A stretch of 7,794 nt of DNA. Source: Octopus sinensis (taxonomy: Eukaryota). Under the pieces are notes generated by a model. It saw only the letters and a list, made by a program, of their open reading frames with translations, did not search any database and had not been told where the DNA came from. Shown one piece after another: positions 1-6,754 of this stretch (positions are counted from its first letter, which is position 1; each line of letters starts with the position of its first letter). The stretch covers positions 1-7,794 of the forward strand of contig NW_021828772.1 in the NCBI RefSeq assembly GCF_006345805.1, given 5' to 3'. The translations under genes were made by a program, and so were the position numbers.

Positions 1-168
1 ACGTGACATATACATCCACACTCATACAACACACACATATATGTGGGTGTGTGCGAGTAAGAATGTGTGTACACACGTACTCACACACACACATGCCCAA
101 TAATGGATACTTAAATCAGTGGTATCTATTTTTACTGTCTCCACTCTCCCCCCTCAAGATTCATTGTT

Positions 169-226
169 TGTGTGTGTGTGTCTGTGTGTGTGTATGTGTG
201 GTGTGTGTGTGTGTGTGTGTGCGTGT
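169..226. repeat. Imperfect (TG)n microsatellite followed by a T-rich/(TTTG) tract
   Basis: Direct reading; it produces the CVCV stretches in ORFs 3..320, 119..565 and 172..627. Confidence 0.95.
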
Positions 227-384
227 ATTTTTTTTGTTTGTTTTTGTTTTGTTTCCTTTTCTCTCGCCTTGGATTCGGTTTTTGTCTGCTTTCCCTCATT
301 TTGGCGGTTCGATTTCGTGACCCGAGTACAAATTTCCATTGCAACGGCCCTGCTCTCCTTTCTTTATCTCTGTTTACTTCGCAG

Positions 385-625
385 CCCACCATTGTTGCAA
401 CCACCACCATCACTACAGCCACCAACAACAAACCTACCACCACCAACACCGCCACCACCAGCACCAGCACCTGCACCACCATCACCACTAGCACCACCAC
501 CACCAGCAGCACCCGCACCAGCACCAGCTCCAGCACCAGCACCACCAACAACAACAACAACATAAAGAACAATAAAACGACCATCAACAACTACATCGAC
601 TCCTCCTCCTCCTATCACCTACATT
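385..625. repeat. Degenerate trinucleotide repeat field (ACC/AGC/AAC)n
   Basis: Runs of acc, agc and aac; these explain the overlapping poly-Pro, poly-Thr and Val/Leu ORFs. Confidence 0.9.
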
Positions 626-685
626 AACACTAGCGAGAGCTCACCATGTCTACAGCAACAGCGACAACATTAACAATGATATCAA

Positions 686-850
686 TAATGATAATAATAA
701 GAAGAGTCCATTCTATGATAAGCACAAATCCTGAAAGTTTACATCTCGACTCCAGTATGCAACTGATAATTATTTTATCGACTCCGAGAGAATGAAAGGC
801 AAAATCGACCCAGAGCATGAAGACAGACAGATGAAATGCCGCTGAGTATT
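686..850 (-). mobile_element. SINE copy S1: 5'-truncated, degenerate, B-box deleted, tail type 3 ending in (TTA)n
   Basis: The reverse complement reads aatactcagcggcatttcatctgtc...ggtcgattttgcctttcattctctcggagtcgataaaataattatcagttgcatactggagtcga, which aligns to the full copy at 3713-3946. It continues with tttcaggatttgtgcttatcatagaatgg and ttattattat. Confidence 0.8.
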
Positions 851-874
851 GTGCCAAAGTTTGAAACCAATATT
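849..874 (+). mobile_element. Orphan SINE tail-type-2 fragment
   Basis: ttgtgccaaagtttgaaaccaatatt matches the ends of the copies at 1259-1286 and 4092-4117. Confidence 0.7.
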
Positions 875-894
875 GGTGTCATAGATAGGTAGAA

Positions 895-1088
895 CTGGGA
901 AAAATGCTTTGCGGTATCTCCTCCGTCTCAACGCTCTGAGTCCAACTTCCACCGAGGTCGACTTTGCCTTTCGTCGATAAATTGAAATACCAGTTACACA
1001 CTGGGGTCGATGAAATCGACTTAATCCGTTTGTCTGTCCTTGTTTGTCCCCTCTATGTTTAGCCCCTTGTGGGCAATAAAGAAATAAG
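895..1088 (+). mobile_element. SINE copy S2: 5'-truncated, tail type 1, left arm of a dimer
   Basis: Aligns to 3713-3946. It has a degenerate B-box (gagtccaacttcc), a short deletion in the core and the tail ttaatccgtttgtctgtccttgtttgtcccctctatgtttagccccttgtgggcaataaagaaa. Confidence 0.9.
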
Positions 1089-1092
1089 ATCT

Positions 1093-1286
1093 GTTAGCGC
1101 GCCGGGAAAAATGCTCTGGGCATCTCGTCTGTCTTTACGTTCTGAGGGCGACTTTACCTGTCATCCTTTCGGGGTCGATAAAATAAGTACCAGTTGAGTA
1201 GTGAGGTCGATATGATAGACTTAACTTCCAGCCCCTACTCCCGCCAAACTTGCTGGCCTTGTGCCAAAAATTTGAAACCGATATTA
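1093..1286 (+). mobile_element. SINE copy S3: head-truncated, B-box deleted, tail type 2, right arm of a dimer
   Basis: gttagcgcgccggg...ttctgag|ggcgacttt...ggggtcgataaaataagtaccagtt...ttgctggccttgtgccaaaaatttgaaaccgatatt. Confidence 0.85.
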
Positions 1287-1341
1287 TCTCCATTATCTAG
1301 AGAAACATAATCACAATCCACCACCAGCACAAGCAGCAACG

Positions 1342-1750
1342 GCAAAACCACTGTCATATGCAACACCCTAACCATTGACAACTATACCATTACAACCATG
1401 CCACCAACATAGCAACCAACACCATTACTACCACCAGAATCGCCACCACCACCACCATGACCGTAATCACCACCACTAATACCAACAGCAAAACGACCAT
1501 CATATACATCACCCTAATCATTGCTAACTATACCTTTACTACCATACTACCAGCATAGCAACCACCACCACCACCATCACCACCATTACTACCACCACCA
1601 TCGCCACCACCACCACCAGCACCACCACCACCACCACCACAACCACCACCACCACCACCAACGTCTAAACCACGATCATATGCATCATCCTAACCGTTGA
1701 CAACTATACCATTACTACCATACCATTAGCATATCGACCACCACCAACAG
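1342..1750 (+). repeat. Three-unit tandem repeat: conserved ~65-bp core plus variable (ACC)n spacer
   Basis: The core catat(g/a)ca(a/t)ca(c/t)cctaa(c/t)c(a/g)ttg..aactatacc(a/t)ttac.accat starts at 1355, 1501 and 1677 (periods 146 and 176). Confidence 0.85.
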
Positions 1751-1769
1751 GTTAACTTGAAAGTTTGTG

Positions 1770-1945
1770 CTGGAGGTGGGCAACTATTTCGAAAAGCGGG
1801 TCACATGAGAGATGGCTCATCATCAGGCGGGAGCCTCACTACTAAAATATACTCATGGTAAATTTTTCATTGGCGTGCTTGCCATTTAAAAAGTCCCGCG
1901 GGCCGCAGACTGCTCTGTACGGTCGTTCGTTTTGCTATAAATATC
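1770..1945. mobile_element. Possible degenerate hAT (Charlie-like) MITE
   Basis: The left end ggaggtgggcaactatt...gcgggtcaca and the right subterminal cccgcgggccgca...ggtcgttcgttttgc resemble the CAGGGGTGGGCAA...GCGGGCC termini of hAT MITEs as I recall them. The right TIR is poorly preserved and no TSD is seen. Confidence 0.4.
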
Positions 1946-2011
1946 ATTAAAAGTAAACAACGTGGTCGCAGCTACTAATTCACCACCGACAACAACAACT
2001 GATCACCATTA

Positions 2012-2127
<116 letters not shown>

Positions 2128-2324
2128 CACTATGCCAACTGTAATGACAATAGCTTCAGATATTGCCATCATCAACACCATAAACAACAGCTTTGATTTC
2201 GACACCGCCGCCGACACCACCACCACTATACCCCGACCACCACGAACGACGACCACCACCACCACGCACTGTTGGAACATGGTAGTCATCAGGAAAACAA
2301 AATATTTGTATTTGTTTGCACAAT

Positions 2325-2378
2325 CTGTTGTTGGTGGTGTTGTTGTTCTTGTTGCTGTTTTTTTTCGTTGTTGTTGTT
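2325..2378. repeat. Degenerate (GTT)n tract
   Basis: Direct reading. Confidence 0.8.
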
Positions 2379-2545
2379 AATCTGTTTATTTATATTTAAT
2401 GTATTGATTTATATATTTGTTTCTTCTTAATCCCACAGGATTCCACCTCACTTCCATCCCCCACCCCACCCGCCACTCTACATTGGTCTCTATTTACCAC
2501 TTCCTACTTCGACACATTCAAATCTTGTTCATTTTGTACACACAA

Positions 2546-2604
2546 TCTCTCTCTCTCTGTCTCTGTCTATGTCTCTCTATCTCTGTCTCTCTGTCTCTCT
2601 CTCT
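2546..2604. repeat. Imperfect (CT)n/(CTCTGT)n tract
   Basis: Direct reading. Confidence 0.9.
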
Positions 2605-2760
2605 ATTCCTTTATTTTTCATTCTACGGTTTATACGTGTCTGTATATGTGGTTGTGTGAGTGTATTCATAAAACGCAAAACAAAGACGTTCACGAACACT
2701 AATGGCGTCTCTTTCTCTAAAGAATATAACAAATTCTTCAGAGAAAGATAATTTTCTAAC

Positions 2761-2822
2761 TCTTTTACTAGTTTCAGTCATTGGACTACGATTACGATGG
2801 CCTTGAAAGGTTTAGTCAAACA
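2761..2822 (-). mobile_element. 3' tail fragment of a second (CORE-type) SINE family
   Basis: tttcagtcattggactacg...ttagtcaaaca matches tttcagtcatttgactgcg...atcgaacaaa at 6421-6460. Confidence 0.65.
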
Positions 2823-3050
2823 GCTTTCTTTATCAACCAATTTTTCTCTATGAACCCCTTTGAACACTATTATATTCTACTTGATCCCCATAGCCAGTCG
2901 ATAATTAAAAGCTAGTTTTATAGAAACTTCTTTCTAAATCCCTATTTTGTTTTCTACGAATTAACTTGTGTAAGATGAAATATATTTAATATATTAGAGA
3001 AAGAAAGCAACTTGTTTCTTGCAATGCATACCAATTACATACATCTAAAG
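2821..3050 (+). mobile_element. hAT-like MITE M1, left part only
   Basis: Colinear with 3051-3280 through shared blocks (cccatagcca, ctagtttta.aga.acttcttt, aaatccct.ttttgtttt, attaacttgtgta, tagagaaa, ttgcaat); roughly three-quarters identical by eye. Confidence 0.65.
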
Positions 3051-3400
3051 CAGGGGTTCTCAAACATTTAAAAAAAAATTATAGACCCCTTTTGGTTACT
3101 ATTTTATTCTGATGGATCCTGCCCCATAGCCATTCAATATTTAAAATCTAGTTTTAGAGATACTTCTTTCAAAATCCCTTTTTTGTTTTTCACCCATTAA
3201 CTTGTGTAGGTTGAACTTTGTAAAATGCTAGAGAAAAAGCTTAGCTGTTTTTTTTTGCAATAGACACATTTAAGTCAAAGCTTTATATGGACATTTAAAA
3301 TAATGCTGTGTATCTCCCATTTACTAATTTGAAAGCGTGCTCACATGTAATCTTATATCGACCCCCAAGGGTCAGATGGACACCGGCTGACGAGCACAAG
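3051..3400 (+). mobile_element. hAT (Charlie-like) MITE M2
   Basis: Begins CAGGGGTTCTCAAAC, preceded by atctaaag, which fits the NTCTARAN hAT-Charlie target preference. Subterminal gacccc motifs occur at both ends. The right TIR is degenerate. Confidence 0.65.
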
Positions 3401-3401
3401 G

Positions 3402-3640
3402 TTAGACGAAAAAAAATCAACCCTAGCTGTCAAGCGGTATTGGGGAGGACACAAGCGTGCGCAAACACACGCAGACACACACACATGCACAGATACATAC
3501 ATACACATGTTTGTATACGAGAGACTTTTACACAGTTTTCATCAACTGAATTCACATGAGGGCATCGATCGGCCCAGGTGTATAGTTGAATATAATTGTC
3601 CAAGGTGCTACGCAATGGGGCAGAACCCTAAACCACACAG
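3402..3640 (-). mobile_element. CORE-type tRNA-SINE body: B-box, CORE-like block and internal (CA/TA) microsatellite
   Basis: The reverse complement gggttctgccccattgcgtagcaccttggacaatt contains a B-box-like GGTTCNNNNCC and a CCTTGGRCAA block typical of CORE SINEs. The rest matches an octopus SINE as I recall it. The exact family needs a Dfam/Repbase alignment. Confidence 0.7.
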
Positions 3641-3712
3641 TTACGCTTGCAACATATTTTTATAAATACACTTGCACAATCTGATAACCTGCTTAACTTA
3701 TACGTGTGTATT

Positions 3713-3946
3713 AAGGCGGCGAGCTGGCAGAATCGTTAGCACGCCGGGCAAAATGCGTAGCCGTATTTCGTCTGCCGTTTCATTCTGAGTTCGAATTCCG
3801 CCGAGGTCGACTTTACCTTTCATCCTTTCGGGGTCGATAAATTAAGTACCAGTTACGCAATGGGGTCGATGTAATCGACTTAATCCGTTTGTCTGTCTTT
3901 GTTTGTCCCCTCTGTGTTTAGCCCCTTGTGGGTAGTAAAGAAATAG
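3713..3946 (+). mobile_element. Full-length tRNA-derived SINE S4, tail type 1, left arm of a dimer
   Basis: A-box tggcagaatcg (3725-3735) and B-box gttcgaattcc (3789-3799). There are 15 differences over 231 nt against the minus-strand copy at 7514-7744. The core gcctttcatcctttcggggtcgataaattaagtaccag resembles the Meta/MESC SINE domain as I recall it. Confidence 0.95.
3725..3799 (+). promoter_or_regulatory. Internal type-2 RNA polymerase III promoter (A-box and B-box) of SINE S4
   Basis: TGGCAGAATCG approximates TGGCNNAGTGG; GTTCGAATTCC fits the GTTCRA B-box core. Confidence 0.7.
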
Positions 3947-4117
3947 GTATTTCGTCCGTCTTTACGTTCTGAGTGCGAATTCTGTCAAGGCTGATTTTTG
4001 CCTTTCATCGGTTCGGCATCGATAAATTAGGTCCTAGTTGAGTACTGGGGTCTATATAATCGATGTACACCCTCCCTCGAAATTGCTGGTCTTGAGCCAA
4101 AATTTGGAACCAATTTA
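3947..4117 (+). mobile_element. SINE copy S5: head-truncated, tail type 2, right arm of a dimer
   Basis: gtatttcgtccgtctttacgttctgagtgcgaattct...gcctttcatc...gataaattag...aattgctggtcttgagccaaaatttggaaccaattta. Confidence 0.85.
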
Positions 4118-4385
4118 TACGTGTGTGCATATGTGAATGCATGAGTATATGTTTACGTCTCTGCTGAATTTGTCAAATTCTATTGAGAAAGATAATTAAT
4201 TTTTCTAAAAGACCATTTAAACAAAATACATTCACCAGTTCTGCCTTTATGCCTAAATTGTGGCTTGTCTTTAAGTTTGATCAATGTAACAACCAATCAG
4301 TTCTTTCTGTTTAAGCTATGTAACCGTCAAGCTATCTGCAGACGTTCCTGAACATCTCTCACTGTTTCAGTATCACACATACGCA

Positions 4386-4388
<3 letters not shown>

Positions 4389-4470
<82 letters not shown>
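4389..4470. repeat. Perfect (AC)41 microsatellite
   Basis: Direct count, 82 bp. Confidence 0.98.
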
Positions 4471-4472
<2 letters not shown>

Positions 4473-4641
4473 TTGTTCTCCTTCAGAAGCTTCACAATTA
4501 AAAGTTTCTAGTTAACTTCTCTTGAAGAAAGATAATTCTCTGAAGCGTTAATATTTTCAGTTCTCAGATAAAGTCATTCGACCGGTATATAGTTTTAATT
4601 ATGGACTTTTATCTGTCCATCCATTCACTTATCTCCTACAC

Positions 4642-4715
<74 letters not shown>

Positions 4716-4824
4716 ATCTAATACATACCTACATACCTATACCTACCTCTATCTATCTATCTATATCTATCTATCTATCATCTATCTATTATCTATCTAT
4801 CTATCTTCTATCTATCTATTATCT
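4642..4824. repeat. (ATCT)n tetranucleotide microsatellite: perfect (ATCT)18 at 4642-4713, then degenerate
   Basis: Direct reading; source of the YLSI repeat in ORF 4601..4834. Confidence 0.95.
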
Positions 4825-5082
4825 GAACTGCTGACCTGTCCGTCCTACTGTCCGCTTAATTGTGTGTTTCTGTCTGTCTGTCTGTCCCGCTACCTCACCA
4901 CATTTTCAGCTGAAAAACAATTTTTCACTGGTCTCAGTTCTGTTACTATTTTTTTCGTTGACATGTTCGCAATTTTTCCCACGTATTAGCCCTCCATTCT
5001 TTGTGTACGCATGCGTGTATGCGTGTGTATACACACACACACACACTTTTCATTGGCGAGAGATGCTGTTTACAGTGCTTTC

Positions 5083-5124
5083 ATATATACATATATATAT
5101 AATATATACATATATATATATTAT

Positions 5125-5177
<53 letters not shown>

Positions 5178-5178
5178 C

Positions 5179-5211
<33 letters not shown>

Positions 5212-5223
5212 CATATATATATA
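5083..5223. repeat. Interrupted (TA)n microsatellite
   Basis: Direct reading. Confidence 0.95.
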
Positions 5224-5249
5224 CGAAGTCAGTCGATGTATTTTTTGCT

Positions 5250-5400
5250 TCTCTTTATCTATCAATCAATCTATTTGTCTAACTGAATACCGATCCATTT
5301 ATCTGTCTATCAGACTAACCATCAATCTATCTGTCTCTCTATCTATCTGTTTGATCATCCATCAACCCACGTATCTGGCTCACAGGCCGTTTATATGTTT
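5250..5400. repeat. Decayed (ATCT/ATCA/GTCT)n tetranucleotide field
   Basis: Direct reading. Confidence 0.7.
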
Positions 5401-5429
5401 ATCCAGTTTCGAAGAGCAGCCATATACAC

Positions 5430-5482
5430 TGTACACACACGTACACGTGTGAGATACACGCATAAGCATACTCTCTCTCTCA

Positions 5483-5513
<31 letters not shown>

Positions 5514-5545
5514 ACTCACACACATACACACACACATACACACAA
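5430..5545. repeat. Compound (CA)n/(CT)n microsatellite
   Basis: Direct reading. Confidence 0.9.
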
Positions 5546-5599
5546 ATGCTACTTACATATATGCTCACAATCACAGTTTATTACATTTGCACATATACG

Positions 5600-5746
5600 T
5601 TTCTTTACTACCCACAAGGGGCTAAACATAGAGGGGACAAACAAGGACAGACACACGGATTAAGTCGATTACATCGACCCCAGTGCGTAACTGGTACTTA
5701 ATTTATCGACCCCGAAAGGATGAAAGGCAAAGTCGACCTCGGCGGA
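5600..5746 (-). mobile_element. SINE copy S6: 5'-truncated at the B-box, tail type 1
   Basis: 5 differences over 147 nt against S4. Confidence 0.95.
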
Positions 5747-6068
5747 TTCTTTGGGGTTTGAATAATTCACCTCTGGAAACATGGGTGGTTCTTTCAACAT
5801 CCTTAAACAACCCTTATTCAGGGACCTTTTGAGCGGATGGGCTACTCAACATGAAGAAAAGAAAATTCTAACGGGGCCCCACCTGCAAGGTCATGTGCTG
5901 TTTATCTTGATATGAGATCACCATGTCGCGCACATATGGTTGTGATGCATGTGCCTGTGTGTACCTTTATCAGACGGGTATAGTCATGATGGGTATATTG
6001 GGCTTTGTATATTTACCCCAGTGTCACTTTGATGGCATGCACTGCTCTCTCACTCAATAATAATAATA
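5747..6068 (+). mobile_element. Probable 5'-truncated 3' end (UTR) of a non-LTR retroelement with an (AAT)n tail
   Basis: A complex, non-microsatellite block ending ...gcatgcactgctctctcactc(aat)4. I recall it as an octopus interspersed repeat. No RT-coding trace is visible. Confidence 0.5.
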
Positions 6069-6111
6069 TATATAATATATAAATAATACATACCTACATA
6101 TTTGTATATAT

Positions 6112-6153
<42 letters not shown>

Positions 6154-6168
6154 TATATATATGCATAT
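6066..6168. repeat. Interrupted (TA)n microsatellite
   Basis: Direct reading. Confidence 0.9.
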
Positions 6169-6328
6169 ATGGGTAAAGAACGTAGACAGAATGAAAAACG
6201 AGAGCAAAAACGAAAACCGAAAACTAACTTTCTTTCGAACAACGACAAAAACAAACAGAGAAACGAGACATGCAACTTAAAGAGCATTCCCTTCATCAGT
6301 TGTCCCCTGCTTTATCTACTCGGCGTTT

Positions 6329-6331
6329 ATA

Positions 6332-6380
<49 letters not shown>
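6329..6380. repeat. (TG)n microsatellite
   Basis: Direct reading. Confidence 0.95.
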
Positions 6381-6382
<2 letters not shown>

Positions 6383-6407
6383 ATACGCGTACGCGCATAT
6401 ATATTCC

Positions 6408-6537
6408 TTTCTTTTATTTCTTTCAGTCATTTGACTGCGGCCATGCTATAATCGAACAAATCGTCCCTTGGACTTATTCTTTGCAAGCCTAGTACTAGTT
6501 CTATCGGTCACTATTGCCGAACCGCTAAGTGAAGGGA
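6408..6537 (-). mobile_element. 3' portion of a CORE-type SINE, broken at a (TA)n tract
   Basis: Overlaps in sequence with 2761-2822 and continues gacttattctttgcaagcctagtactagttctatcgg...gccgaaccgctaagt. Confidence 0.75.
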
Positions 6538-6540
6538 ACT

Positions 6541-6579
6541 TATATCTTATAATATATATATATATAATATATATATATA
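6541..6579. repeat. (TA)n tract flanking the fold-back element on the left
   Basis: Direct reading. Confidence 0.9.
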
Positions 6580-6658
6580 ACAAAGTGGAGTTGTAGGGTA
6601 CCGCACGATGGAATTATATACGAAAGATGTTTGAAAATGCAATTTAAAAGATATTTAT

Positions 6659-6701
6659 TTACTTTACCGGTTTCACTCTTGGAAAATATTGTCAAAAGTA
6701 A
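6659..6701 (-). ncRNA. Putative minimal type I hammerhead ribozyme with a U3:A8 variant core
   Basis: Minus strand: UUACUU-UUGACAA-UAUUUUCCAAGAGU-GAAA-CCGG-UA^AAGUAA. Stem I (6 bp) abuts the core exactly, stem III is palindromic and the cleavage triplet is GUA. Stem II is weak. Confidence 0.55.
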
Positions 6702-6754
6702 CATTTAGAAGTTTGGTTGCGTTAATTATTGGTTGTTACAAATTGCTACATTAC

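Noticed and set aside
3-627. Overlapping 105-152 aa ORFs (Pro-rich, Thr-rich, Val/Leu-rich)
   Set aside because: They are open in several frames only because (TG)n and triplet repeats lack stops; there is no domain-like sequence.
741-874. Twin-priming 5' inversion (inverted core joined to a forward tail-2 fragment)
   Set aside because: The inverted copy has its own complete tail and (TTA)n end at 686-740, so it is an independent insertion.
1342-1750. CRISPR-like repeat-spacer array
   Set aside because: The context is eukaryotic, the repeats are long and diverged, the spacers are homologous (ACC)n and there are no cas genes.
2439-2655. Cryptic exon (acceptor tttgtttcttcttaatcccacag, donor gtgagt)
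   Set aside because: The sites look plausible, but the interval is pyrimidine-rich with a (CT)n tract and is open in more than one frame. It cannot be supported without RNA-seq.
3387-3411. CTGACGA-G...C-GAAA hammerhead-like core
   Set aside because: Stem II has only one pair and no stem I or stem III partner exists; it lies at a MITE/SINE junction.
3715-3802. tRNA gene
   Set aside because: The A and B boxes and GGCGG/CCGCC ends are present, but there is no convincing cloverleaf and the sequence is the head of a multi-copy SINE.
4291-4300. NF-Y-type CCAAT box (aaccaatcag)
   Set aside because: A single short match with no supporting promoter architecture; plausible by chance.
4831-4842. 12-mer ctgacctgtccg identical to part of the 24-bp hairpin arm
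   Set aside because: The match does not extend on either side, so it is treated as chance.
4601-5625. ORFs with YLSI, IYIY and HTHT runs, including the 196-aa ORF
   Set aside because: They are translations of (ATCT)n, (TA)n and (CA)n.
6293-6330. Permuted hammerhead (AAAC-GCCGA-GUA...CUGAUGA) on the minus strand
   Set aside because: GAAA is replaced by UAAA and no stem I can form.
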